From the NCBI GenBank assembly GCA_963817615.1, contig CAWFPH010000002.1, forward strand, positions 1,539,274 to 1,603,273: a stretch of DNA of 64,000 nt. Reading direction: 5' to 3'. This document shows positions 44,875 to 54,486 of this stretch, in pieces; position 1 is the first letter of the stretch; every line of letters begins with the position of its first letter. The DNA is from an uncultured Gammaproteobacteria bacterium. Lineage in GTDB: Bacteria > Pseudomonadota > Gammaproteobacteria > Steroidobacterales > Rariloculaceae. The translations under genes and the position numbers were made by a program. Under the pieces are notes generated by a model. That model worked only from the letters and a program-made list of their open reading frames with translations, was not told where the DNA came from and did no database searches.

Positions 44875-45813
44875 GTGCCGCTCGGACGTAGAAGGGTATT
44901 GCAGGCAGCGCTCCTCGGCGGTGTCGCCGGTATGCTCGGCGTACCGGCGCTGCGCCCCGCGCGCGCTCAGTCCCGCTCGAGCGGCGCCGAGATCGGCAAG
45001 CAAAGCCTCGGCCATGACGTGCACGTGCTGACCGCGGCCGGCTCGAACGTGCTGGCGCTGACGGCCGGCGACGGTTGCGTCATGGTCGACGGCGGCTCCG
45101 CGAGCACGTCGGCCGCTCTGCTCGAGGCCGTCGCAGCCCTGCCGGGCGGCGGGCCCGTGCGTACGCTCTTCAATACCCACTGGCATCCCGAGCAGACGGG
45201 CTCCAACGAGGCCGTCCGCAAGGCCTCGGGGACCGTCATTGCCCAGGAGAACACCAAGCTGTGGCTCACCACCGACGTCACGTGGCCATGGAACGGTGAG
45301 ACCGTGCATGCGCTGCGCAAAGAGGCGCGGCCGAACAAGACCTTCTATACGGACGACGAGATCATCGTCAGCGGCAGACGCATTCAATATGGGCACATGC
45401 GCGATTGCCCGCATACCGACGGCGACCTCTACGTCTTTTTGGCGGATGCGAACGTGCTAGCGGTCGGGGGAGCGCTGTGCAGCTCCGCATGGCAGATGCC
45501 CGACTGGTGGACCGGCGGATGGATCGGCGGAATCGTCGGCGGCCTCGAACAGTTGACGAGCGTCGCCAATGCCGAGACGCGGATCGTGCCGGCGCAGGGC
45601 GCCGTGCTCAGCTATGCCGATCTGCAAGCCCAGTACAAGATGTACTCAACGGTATGGGAGCGGTTGGCCGAGCTTTTGTATAACGGTAAGGGCCCCCTGG
45701 AAGCCATTGCGGCGCATCCGACCCAGGAGTTCGACGAACACATGGGGAATCCCGACGCGTTCATCGATCGGGCGTTCCGCAGCATGTGGGCATATCTGAC
45801 ACCGGACGCGTAG
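44875..45813 (+). CDS. Tat-exported MBL-fold protein with variant metal motif
   Basis: GTG start and a twin-arginine leader (PLGRRRVLQAALLGGVAG...ARA). The MBL region reads NTHWHPEQTG (H-x-H-x-E-Q instead of H-x-H-x-D-H), followed later by CPHTDGD. Confidence 0.75.
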   Translation: MPLGRRRVLQAALLGGVAGMLGVPALRPARAQSRSSGAEIGKQSLGHDVHVLTAAGSNVLALTAGDGCVMVDGGSASTSAALLEAVAALPGGGPVRTLFNTHWHPEQTGSNEAVRKASGTVIAQENTKLWLTTDVTWPWNGETVHALRKEARPNKTFYTDDEIIVSGRRIQYGHMRDCPHTDGDLYVFLADANVLAVGGALCSSAWQMPDWWTGGWIGGIVGGLEQLTSVANAETRIVPAQGAVLSYADLQAQYKMYSTVWERLAELLYNGKGPLEAIAAHPTQEFDEHMGNPDAFIDRAFRSMWAYLTPDA

Positions 45814-45814
45814 G

Positions 45815-48268
45815 ATGGACGTAAAGCGGAAGGTTTCGATGCAGACGATACGACGTGTTGGCCTGATCGCGGTGCTGGCTGCGGTCGGCGGTTGCGGGAA
45901 ATTCGCGGGCGAATCCAAGACCGCCAGCGAGTGGCGGATGGTCGACAAGTTTTGCACGGACTGCCACAACAGCACCGATTTGGCCGGCGGCATCGCACTG
46001 AACGAGATCGACCCGACGGCCGTCGCCGCCAACGCGGAAGTCCTGGAGAAGGCCGTGCGCAAGCTGCGCGGTCATCTCATGCCGCCGCCGAAGAGACCGG
46101 CGCCCAGCGAGGCGGAGCGCTATGAGCTCATCTCGTGGCTCGAGAATAGTCTCGACAAAGCGGCCACGGATCGCAGTGCCCAGAGGATTCCGCTGCACAG
46201 GCTGAACCGAGAGGAGTATGCGAACGCCGTGCGCGACCTGCTGGCCCTCGACGTCGATGCGAAAACGCTGCTGCCGGAAGACGAGACAGCCGACGGCTTC
46301 GACAACGTAGCGAGCGTGCTGCAGGTTTCTCCGTCGTTCATCGAGCAGTACATGATCGCGGCGCGTCAAGTGGCGTTGGAGGCAGTCGGCCGGCCGGACG
46401 CGCGCGCGGGCAGCGAGACTTACAACGCTCCGCCCGGAACGCAATTCAAGCACGTCGACGGGCTCCCGCTCGGGACGCGTGGCGGCATGGTCGTGGAGCA
46501 CGACTTCCCGTCCGACGGTGACTACAAGATCGACATTGCCGACATGGCCGGCCACATCTGGGGCGTCGACATGGAGTTCGAGAACACCGTGCTCGTGACG
46601 CTCGACGGCCAAGAGATGTACCGGACCATCATCGGCGGCGACAAGGACATGAAACGCTACGACGAGGAGCCGGCGGGCGCCTTCGATGCGATCAACGCGG
46701 GTCTGAAGAACATCCACTTTCATGCCACCGCGGGGCCTCACAAGCTCGGCGTGACTTTTTTGCGCAGGACCTTTGCGGAATCGGACGATCGGCTCGAGAT
46801 AGACGTGCCGGGCGGCGGACAAGATCGGGTATACACCGTGAAGTCCTTTCAGATCAGCGGTCCCTTCAATCCGACGGGCTTGAGCGCCACGCCGAGCCGG
46901 CAGCGGATCTTCACCTGCCAGCCGTCGCGGGCCGACGATGCCGAGAGCTGCGCGGAGCGGATCCTCTCGAGGCTCGGTACCGAAGCGTTCCGGCGGCCGT
47001 TGGCCGAGACGGACGTGAAGCGGCTCCTGGACTACTACGATGCGGGCGCGAAGGCCGGCGGCTTCGAGGAAGGCATTCGGCAGGGGATCACCGGCATTCT
47101 GGCGAGCCCCTACTTCCTTTATCGCGGCGAAAGAGTGCCCCAGAACTTGAGCGCGGGCGCGACTTACCAGCTCGATGATTTGGAGTTGGCATCGCAGTTG
47201 TCGTTTTTCCTCTGGAATTCGATCCCGGACGACGAGCTGCGGGACTTGGCGGCCCACCACGAGCTGAGCAAGCCCGGCGTTCTCAAGCAGCAAGTCATGC
47301 GGATGCTGAAGGATCCTCGCTCCGAGACGCTGGCGAGCCACTTCGTGCCCGAGTGGCTCGAGATGGAGCGCCTGGCCGAGGTGAATCCCGATCGGTCCGT
47401 CTATCCCTACGCCTCGGGGGCCGGCGATCCTCGTGCGGACTACCTGACCGAGCTGAAGCTGTTCGCCAAGAGCATCTTCGACGAGGATCGCAGCGTGCTC
47501 GACTTTCTCACCGCCGACTACACGTTCGTGAACGAGCGCGTGGCGCTGCTGTACGGCATCGACGACGTGAAGGGCGACACGTTCCGGCGCGTGACGCTCA
47601 AGGATTCGACGCGCTGGGGATTGCTGGGTAAAGGCGCGGTGTTGATGGCTGCCGCGTACCCGAATCGCACGTCTCCCGTGCGCAGGGCCGCTTTCATCCT
47701 CGGCGACATTCTCGGCACCCCGCCGGCGGCTCCGCCGAAGGACGTTCCGGCGCTGAAGGAGGAGCCGACGACGGGGAATACGCACTTCACGACGGTCCGG
47801 GACCGGATGGCGGCCCACCGGTCGAATCCCGTGTGCGCCTCCTGTCACGAGACGCTCGACCCGTTGGGGTTCTCGCTGGAGAACTTCGACGCCGTCGGCA
47901 CCTGGCGTGACGTGGACCGGTTCGCCGGAACGCCGATCGACGCGGCGGGCAAGATGGTGGACGGTACCGAATTGCAGGGTCCGGACGATCTGCGCAAAGC
48001 GCTGATGAAGCATCCGGATCAGTTCGTGCAGACCTTCACGGAGCGGCTGTTGACTTACGCCTTGGGTCGCACCTTGAAGTATTACGACATGCCCGTGGTT
48101 CGAAAGATCTTGCGGGACGCGAAGGGCGACGATTACCGGTTTTCTTCGCTCGTCTGGGCGATCGTGCAGAGCGCGCCCTTCCAGATGCGGGAAGTGCCGG
48201 CTGCCGAACCGGTCACGACGAGCGCGCCGGCCGTGCAAGTGACGGCGCGGGCCGATACGGCGAAATAG
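45815..48268 (+). CDS. DUF1587/DUF1592/DUF1595/DUF1588/DUF1585-type protein with two CxxCH motifs
   Basis: The ATG is 1 nt after the preceding stop. The N-terminal motif is FCTDCHN and the C-terminal motif is CASCHETLDPLGFSLENFDAVGTWR, the hallmark of the planctomycete PSD/PSCyt-type family. Confidence 0.85.
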   Translation: MDVKRKVSMQTIRRVGLIAVLAAVGGCGKFAGESKTASEWRMVDKFCTDCHNSTDLAGGIALNEIDPTAVAANAEVLEKAVRKLRGHLMPPPKRPAPSEAERYELISWLENSLDKAATDRSAQRIPLHRLNREEYANAVRDLLALDVDAKTLLPEDETADGFDNVASVLQVSPSFIEQYMIAARQVALEAVGRPDARAGSETYNAPPGTQFKHVDGLPLGTRGGMVVEHDFPSDGDYKIDIADMAGHIWGVDMEFENTVLVTLDGQEMYRTIIGGDKDMKRYDEEPAGAFDAINAGLKNIHFHATAGPHKLGVTFLRRTFAESDDRLEIDVPGGGQDRVYTVKSFQISGPFNPTGLSATPSRQRIFTCQPSRADDAESCAERILSRLGTEAFRRPLAETDVKRLLDYYDAGAKAGGFEEGIRQGITGILASPYFLYRGERVPQNLSAGATYQLDDLELASQLSFFLWNSIPDDELRDLAAHHELSKPGVLKQQVMRMLKDPRSETLASHFVPEWLEMERLAEVNPDRSVYPYASGAGDPRADYLTELKLFAKSIFDEDRSVLDFLTADYTFVNERVALLYGIDDVKGDTFRRVTLKDSTRWGLLGKGAVLMAAAYPNRTSPVRRAAFILGDILGTPPAAPPKDVPALKEEPTTGNTHFTTVRDRMAAHRSNPVCASCHETLDPLGFSLENFDAVGTWRDVDRFAGTPIDAAGKMVDGTELQGPDDLRKALMKHPDQFVQTFTERLLTYALGRTLKYYDMPVVRKILRDAKGDDYRFSSLVWAIVQSAPFQMREVPAAEPVTTSAPAVQVTARADTAK

Positions 48269-48366
48269 AAGGCGGAAGCGAGCGTTGCAACCGCCTGAAG
48301 GCGCCATGAGTTCGATTGGGGAACCGAGCCGCACAGCGAGCCGAGTTCCGTAAGAGGAGAAACGCC

Positions 48367-49638
48367 ATGTTCATCACGAAGAAACATCTCTCGCGTCGTA
48401 CGGTTTTGCGCGGCGCGGGGGCTTGTATCGCGTTGCCGCTTCTCGATGCGATGAGCCCGGCCGGCGTGGCGTGGGGCAAGACGGCCGCAAAGGCGCCCCA
48501 TCGCATGGCGTTCGTGAGCTTCCCGATGGGCGCCGTCATGAAGAACTGGATGCCGGAGCAAACCGGCAAGGACTTCAAGATCTCGCCGATCCTGGAGCCG
48601 CTCGACAAGTTCCGGTCGCATCTGACGATCGTCTCCGGGCTGCGTAACAAGCCGGCCGAGACGCCGGAGCCGCATGCGTACATCGAGAAGAGTTGGTTGA
48701 GCTGCGTCTCGCCGCTGGTCGCTCCCGGAGCCGGCGTGACCGCGGATCAAATGGCCGTCAAGCATATCGGTCAAGAGACGCGACTGCCGTCACTGGAGCT
48801 GTGTACCGCGCTGCAATCGTCCCAGGTCGCATGGCGCACGCCGACGCAATCGTTGCCACAGGAACGCAACCCGCGGGCCGTCTTCTACAAGCTGTTCGGG
48901 CAGGGCGATACGGACGCGGAGCGCAAGGCGATCGTCCGAGAAACCGGCAGCTTGCTCGACCGCGTGACCGACGAAGCGAAGAGCCTGCAGGCGTCGCTCG
49001 GAGGCGGGGATCGCCAAGCGGTCAGCGACTACTTCGACTCCGTTCGCGAGATCGAGCGTCGCGTGAACATGGCGGCCACGCAGGACACGTCGGACCTGGA
49101 GATACCGGATGCGCCGATCGGCGTGCCGAACGACATCGTCGAGCACATGAAGATGCTGTTCGATCTCATGGCCTTGGCTTATCAGGCGGACCTCACGCGC
49201 ATCATCACGTTCTCGTTGGATCACGAGGCGAGCATGCGCGCGTACAAGAATCTGGGCATCTCGGAGGCGTTCCACCCCACCTCTCATCACGGGGATCAGC
49301 CGGACAAACTGGAGAAGCTCACGAAGATCCAAAACTTCCACACGCAGATGTTCGCGCGCTTCATCGAGAAGCTGTCGACCGCCAAGGAAGCCGACGGCAC
49401 GGTGCTCGACCACGCGACGATTCTGTATGGCAGCAACATGAGCAACAGCAACCTGCACAACAACGACCCGTTGCCCGCGGCCATCGTCGGCGCTGCGCAT
49501 GGACGGATCAAGGGCGGCCAGCACCTGCACTACCCGCAAGACAGCCGGTTCGCCGACTTGCTGTTGACGCTGTTCGACCGCACGGAGATTCCGATCGAGT
49601 CGATCGGCGACAGCGGCGGCACGTTCTCGGAGGTCTAG
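48367..49638 (+). CDS. DUF1552 family protein (Tat-type leader)
   Basis: ATG follows AGGAGAAACGCC. The N-terminus is MFITKKHLSRRTVLRGAGACIALPLLDAM, followed by a typical DUF1552 body. This family is the usual partner of the DUF1592 family. Confidence 0.85.
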   Translation: MFITKKHLSRRTVLRGAGACIALPLLDAMSPAGVAWGKTAAKAPHRMAFVSFPMGAVMKNWMPEQTGKDFKISPILEPLDKFRSHLTIVSGLRNKPAETPEPHAYIEKSWLSCVSPLVAPGAGVTADQMAVKHIGQETRLPSLELCTALQSSQVAWRTPTQSLPQERNPRAVFYKLFGQGDTDAERKAIVRETGSLLDRVTDEAKSLQASLGGGDRQAVSDYFDSVREIERRVNMAATQDTSDLEIPDAPIGVPNDIVEHMKMLFDLMALAYQADLTRIITFSLDHEASMRAYKNLGISEAFHPTSHHGDQPDKLEKLTKIQNFHTQMFARFIEKLSTAKEADGTVLDHATILYGSNMSNSNLHNNDPLPAAIVGAAHGRIKGGQHLHYPQDSRFADLLLTLFDRTEIPIESIGDSGGTFSEV

Positions 49639-49640
49639 CG

Positions 49641-51287
49641 ATGAAAGCGCTATGGGGTAGTCTCGTAGTCGCCGCCGCGCTCGCGAGTCCGGTCGCGCAG
49701 GCGGCGGATAACAGCTCGTTGCTGGATGCGCTCGCCTCCGGCGATCGCGCAACGGCTCTGCGGCTGCTCGACAAAGGCGCCGACGCTATGGCGGTCGGGC
49801 TCGATGGCACCACGACGCTGATGTGGGCCGCGCATCGCGGCGACGCGGACCTCGCCAAACGCTTGATCAAGAGCGGCGTCGACGTCAACGCGGCGAATCA
49901 TTACGGAGCCACCGCGCTGTCGGAGGCAGCCACGATCGGCTCCACGCCGGTCATCCGCGTGCTGCTGGACGCCGGCGTCGACGCGAAGGGTGCCAATCCC
50001 GAGGGCGAGACGGCGCTGATGGAAGTGGCGCGCACGGGCAACGTCGAAGCGGCGGAGATGCTGCTGAAGGCCGGCGCCGATATCAACGCCAAAGAGAGCT
50101 GGGGCGGGCAGTCGGCGTTGATGTGGGCGGCCGCCGAGAGCCAGCCGGAGATGGTGAAGTTCCTGCTTGCGAAGGGGGCCGATGCGAACGCGCGAGGCGC
50201 CGTGCGCGATTGGCAGCGCCGGATACTCAAGGAGCCGCGGCCGAAAGACATGAACCACGGCGGCTTCACGCCGCTCTTGTACGCGGCGCGAGAGGGTTGT
50301 GTCGCGTGCGCGCGCCGGTTGGTGGAAGGCGGTGCGGACATCAATCTCGCGGATCCGGAACGCGTCACGCCCTTGTGCTTGGCGCTCGAAAACCTGCACT
50401 TCGACGTGGCGGCCTATCTGATAGAGGCCGGCGCAGACGTCGACAAATGGGATCTGTTCGGCCGGACTCCGCTCTATCAGGCCGTGGACGTGAACACGCT
50501 GCCCGTGGAGGGCAACGGCGCGCCGGACGTGCTTCCGAGCACGGACAAGCACTCGGGCCTCGACATCATCCAGATGCTGCTCGACAAGGGCGCGAACCCG
50601 AACATCCAGCTGACCAGGCGGCCGCCGTATCGCAACGTGCCGCAGGACCGGGGCGGCGACAGAATCCTGTCGGTGGGCGCGACGCCGCTGCTCAGAGCGG
50701 CACGCGCCGGCGACGCGCCGGCCGCCAAGCTGCTGCTCGCGCACGGCGCGCTCGTGGATTTGCCGAGCAAGGAGGGCGTCACGCCGTTGATGGCCGCCGC
50801 CGGCGTCGAGTTCGGCGAGCGCGTCACTCGCGGCCGCAATCGGACGGAAGAGGGCGTGCTCGCGACGCTGCAGCTCTTGGTCGATGCCGGGGCCGACGTG
50901 AATGCCAGAATGGTGGTGGAGCCCCATAGCGGCAATCCCTATTCGAACCTCACCTCCGCGGCCCGCAAGGGCGACTACCGGTTCGACGTGTTGGGCCGGC
51001 AGGTGCCGAGCACGCGCGCGGTGCCCGACAAGGCTGCGATTCACGGCGCGGCGATGCGGGGCTTCAATTCGGTCATTCAGTTCCTCGCAGCTCACGGCGC
51101 CGACTTGGAAGCCAAGGACTCCGAAGGCCGGACCGCGATCGATTACGCGGAGGGCCACTACACCGAGGACTTCCTGCGCCACGCGGCCGAGCCGCACGAG
51201 GATACGGTGAAGCTGCTGAAGAGCTTGATCGCCGCCGAACCCGCAGCCGCGCCTCAACCCCGCGCCGCAAACAACGTCGCGGAGTAG
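49641..51287 (+). CDS. secreted ankyrin-repeat protein
   Basis: The ATG is 2 nt after the preceding stop. The signal peptide is LVVAAALASPVAQA. There are many canonical ANK repeats (G.T.LM.AA..G......LL..GADVNA). Confidence 0.85.
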   Translation: MKALWGSLVVAAALASPVAQAADNSSLLDALASGDRATALRLLDKGADAMAVGLDGTTTLMWAAHRGDADLAKRLIKSGVDVNAANHYGATALSEAATIGSTPVIRVLLDAGVDAKGANPEGETALMEVARTGNVEAAEMLLKAGADINAKESWGGQSALMWAAAESQPEMVKFLLAKGADANARGAVRDWQRRILKEPRPKDMNHGGFTPLLYAAREGCVACARRLVEGGADINLADPERVTPLCLALENLHFDVAAYLIEAGADVDKWDLFGRTPLYQAVDVNTLPVEGNGAPDVLPSTDKHSGLDIIQMLLDKGANPNIQLTRRPPYRNVPQDRGGDRILSVGATPLLRAARAGDAPAAKLLLAHGALVDLPSKEGVTPLMAAAGVEFGERVTRGRNRTEEGVLATLQLLVDAGADVNARMVVEPHSGNPYSNLTSAARKGDYRFDVLGRQVPSTRAVPDKAAIHGAAMRGFNSVIQFLAAHGADLEAKDSEGRTAIDYAEGHYTEDFLRHAAEPHEDTVKLLKSLIAAEPAAAPQPRAANNVAE

Positions 51288-51344
51288 CGGCGCGCAACGC
51301 CGGGCACTATCACGGCGAGATGATTCGCCGCACGTCGAGCGTGG

Positions 51345-52718
51345 CTATTTCGGCCGATACGCCGTTCGCGCGGTATCTCCGTACGGCGCCGGACCGACGG
51401 TTGCGCGAATCTCCGCTTGCTCGTGCCGCTCGACCGTCGGCTTCGACGTGCCGCCGCCTTCCTCGCCCCACACGACGGTGACCTGAGTGCCCGGCTCGGC
51501 ATATTGCGGCTCGATGCACGCGAGCGACAGCATCGAGCGTTCGTTGAAGCTGTAGCCGGTGTACGTCGACACGCCGACCGTCTTGCCGTCCACGAGGATC
51601 TTGTCGAACGGCAGCGTGGCGTAGTTCGCGAGCGGCAAGTCGATGTACTTCTCGACGGCCCCGGCGTGAAACAACGTTCCGAGCACGCGCTCGACGTCGT
51701 CGCCGTTCCAGGCGAGCGTGACTTTGCGGTAGCGCGGCGCGTCGGCGATTTCCTCCAGAGCCCGCCGGCCGACGAAGTCGTGATCGAAGCGCACGAACGC
51801 GCCGTAGCCCAAGTCGTACGGCGTCAGGTAGTAGTCCTCGATGTTGTCGGAGTAAAAGCTGCCGCCGAGCGAAGCCATCGCTTCGTAGCTGTCGCCGCCG
51901 AGCCATTTGCGGAACGCTCTGAGCTTCGCGCCGCTGTACACCGCCGGCAGTGGCGAGGGGATCCAGCCGGACTCGAGCGTGCTCGTCGGGTACGTCCGCG
52001 CGCCGACGCGGCGAATCCCGAATCCCTCGCCCGCCTCGAGCAGCGCATCGCGCACGCGCTCGCCGTCGTCCCACGGACCGAACAGCTCCCAGCCGGGCTG
52101 GCCGACCATGCCATGGCGCAGCGCATGGACTTTGCGGCCGGCGATCTTGACGACGTCCATGCGAAAGAACTTCGTTGCAGGCGCGGGCTTGCCGATCGCC
52201 TTCGCCATGACCTGCGCGGCGTTCGGCCCTTGGATCTGATAGCGGTACGACTTGCGCCTGCCTTTCTTGTTGACCGCGGAGCGCTCGTCGCGCTTTGCCT
52301 TCGCCTTGTAGCCGCCGGTCGCGACGTGATACTCGACCCAGTTCAGCGCGGGCGGGCGGCCGACGAGATTGAAGTCGTCGTCGTCGAGGTGAAACAGGAT
52401 CGCGTCGCCGATGACGTAGCCGTCGGGGCTGCAGGCGACGAACTGCTTGGCCGTGTTCACCGGAAAGCTCTCGAAGCTGTTGACGCCGAGGTCGGCGAAC
52501 ACCTGCAGCGCGTCGCGGCCCGCAACCTGGAGATCCGTCATGTGGTGCGACTGATCGAACAGCGCGCACGTCTCTCGCCACGAACGCTGCTCGTCGCGCC
52601 AGTTCGTGAACTCGCTCGGCACGACCGGAAACGCGTATGGTCCGATCTGCGAGCCGCGCAGCATCCGGACCGGATTCTTGGCGGCTTTGATGGCCTCCTC
52701 GAGGCTCTTGTAAGCCAT
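51345..52718 (-). CDS. aminomethyltransferase (GcvT) family protein, LigM/DesA-like putative THF-dependent aromatic O-demethylase
   Basis: ATG at 52718 follows GGGGAG. At 457 aa it is much longer than a canonical GcvT. Its N-terminus MAYKSLEEAIKAAKNPVRMLR and overall length resemble the lignin-derived-aromatic demethylases from memory. The specific assignment is an inference. Confidence 0.75.
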   Translation of the reverse strand: MAYKSLEEAIKAAKNPVRMLRGSQIGPYAFPVVPSEFTNWRDEQRSWRETCALFDQSHHMTDLQVAGRDALQVFADLGVNSFESFPVNTAKQFVACSPDGYVIGDAILFHLDDDDFNLVGRPPALNWVEYHVATGGYKAKAKRDERSAVNKKGRRKSYRYQIQGPNAAQVMAKAIGKPAPATKFFRMDVVKIAGRKVHALRHGMVGQPGWELFGPWDDGERVRDALLEAGEGFGIRRVGARTYPTSTLESGWIPSPLPAVYSGAKLRAFRKWLGGDSYEAMASLGGSFYSDNIEDYYLTPYDLGYGAFVRFDHDFVGRRALEEIADAPRYRKVTLAWNGDDVERVLGTLFHAGAVEKYIDLPLANYATLPFDKILVDGKTVGVSTYTGYSFNERSMLSLACIEPQYAEPGTQVTVVWGEEGGGTSKPTVERHEQAEIRATVGPAPYGDTARTAYRPK

Positions 52719-52959
52719 TGGCACGATCTCCCCTCTGAAAACGACCACTTCCGGAACGTCGCGAATCGAAGCGCGACAACCATAAACGAAACCCGAGGCG
52801 GCGAGCCACCTCGGCGCGCTATTCGCGATCGACACCCGATCGATCTGGACCCGTTCGTGCCGGCAACGCAGGCTCGGCCGGCCTTCTTCGTGGACGGCCC
52901 TTGCGCACGCCGGAAATAAAGCCTCTGATAGGTTTCGGAGGAGCGATGAGCAACCCGCT

Positions 52960-53571
52960 GTGGCACTACCGTTGATTTATCTGGCGCGGCACGGCGAGAC
53001 GACGTGGTCGGCCAGCGGCCGGCATACCGGCCTGAGCGATCCGCCGCTCACCGCGCGCGGCGAGCGCAATGCCGAGAGCTTGGGCGAGCGGTTGGCCGGC
53101 GCGGCCCTGGCCGCCGTGTTTTCGAGCCCGTTGCAGCGTGCCGCGCGCACGAGCGAGCTGGCCGGCTTCGGCGCCGTTGCGACGCTCGACGACGACCTCG
53201 TCGAGTGGAGCTACGGCGAGTACGAGGGCAAGACCAGGGACGAGATTCACCGGCAACGCCCAGGCTGGGACCTGTTTCGAGACGGCTGCCCTGGCGGCGA
53301 ATCGATCTCGCAGGTCGCCGTGCGGGCGGATCGCGTCGTCGCCCGACTGCGCGCGCTGGACGGCAATGCGCTGATCTTCTCGCACGGCCACTTTCTGCGC
53401 GTGCTGGCTGCTCGCTGGCTGGCGCTCGATCCCGGGTTTGGCCGATGCTGCTACCTCGACACGGCCGCGCTCAGCATCGTCGGCTACGAGCACGGGCACG
53501 ACGATCCCGTCATCCGGCTCTGGAACGACGTTGGGCATTTACGCGATCGGGGAGCGGCGAGCGTCGGCTGA
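52960..53571 (+). CDS. histidine phosphatase family protein (PGM-like)
   Basis: LARHGETTWS (RHG motif) and FSHGHFLRVL (second His motif). The start is GTG 52960 or TTG 52972. Confidence 0.85.
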   Translation: MALPLIYLARHGETTWSASGRHTGLSDPPLTARGERNAESLGERLAGAALAAVFSSPLQRAARTSELAGFGAVATLDDDLVEWSYGEYEGKTRDEIHRQRPGWDLFRDGCPGGESISQVAVRADRVVARLRALDGNALIFSHGHFLRVLAARWLALDPGFGRCCYLDTAALSIVGYEHGHDDPVIRLWNDVGHLRDRGAASVG

Positions 53572-53648
53572 CGCGGTCGGCGGTGCTCGGCCTCGCCGAG
53601 GGCCGGAACGCGGATGGCGACCCGATTCTTGGAACGGCGATTCGCGGG

Positions 53649-54482
53649 TTATTCGGCGGGCGGCGGCGGCAAATCGGCCGGCGGAGTCTTGTCGAAGCGA
53701 TCGCGTCCCGTCGTGCGATCGAAGGAGCGGTCGCCCTCGACGCACGTGTCGAAGTCGGTGAACACGCGATCGCGCGCTCGCCGGTATTGCTGCTGCGTCT
53801 TCAGCGGCCGGGTGAGGACCGTCGGCGCAGTGAGCGTCGACTCGATCCGCAGCGTATCGGCATCGGCGAGCGACATGCGCTCGACGACGTGGGCTCCGGC
53901 GCCGAGCGTAGACCCGGGTACGATCGGAGCGTTCGGATCGAGGCCGGTCGTCTCGACTACGAGCGTCGTGCCTTCCCATCGACCGATCGAGGTGCCGCTC
54001 CGCGACACGTCGAGCGAGCCTGCCGGTGGCTTGTCGCGCAGGTAAATGCGCCGAACCAGACCCGATTCGACGGCCATCGTGACGCGCCCGGGCGTGAAGA
54101 GAATCTCGAAAGCGCCGCCGGCACCCTCGGGCGGGCGGCCGCTGAAGGTTTGGCTTTGGCAATAGGCGCGTCCGACGGCGAGCCCGAGGTTTCCCTGTAA
54201 CGCGTCGCGACAACGGGCGACGACATCCGGCTTGAAGCCGAGTGAAGCGAACGAGCCGCAGATGACGTCCGGTGTCGGAGCGACCCGAGCGGCGCCGGGG
54301 GTCGGCGGCGGCAGCACGAACGGCGCCGTCAACGGCGTCCAGGAACCGGCGAAATCGGGAAGGCCTTTGAGGGAATCGTAGGTCATCCCGGGCTGAGCGG
54401 CGGCGGGATTCGCGAGCGCGACGGCGCATATCGCTACGACGGCGGCTGCCGCCCGAATTCGCGATGCGGGTGTGCTTCGCAA
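53649..54482 (-). CDS. secreted hypothetical protein, homologue of the C-terminal domain of 20130-21254
   Basis: The signal peptide is AAAVVAICAVALANPAAAQP. VRRIYLRDKP...GTSIGRWEGTTLVVETTGL...HVVERMSL...QQYRRA aligns with LRRVYLDGRKP...YSTGRWEGDTLVVDTVAL...TVHERLRM...RRYRKA. Confidence 0.7.
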   Translation of the reverse strand: MRSTPASRIRAAAAVVAICAVALANPAAAQPGMTYDSLKGLPDFAGSWTPLTAPFVLPPPTPGAARVAPTPDVICGSFASLGFKPDVVARCRDALQGNLGLAVGRAYCQSQTFSGRPPEGAGGAFEILFTPGRVTMAVESGLVRRIYLRDKPPAGSLDVSRSGTSIGRWEGTTLVVETTGLDPNAPIVPGSTLGAGAHVVERMSLADADTLRIESTLTAPTVLTRPLKTQQQYRRARDRVFTDFDTCVEGDRSFDRTTGRDRFDKTPPADLPPPPAE

Positions 54483-54486
54483 GGAT

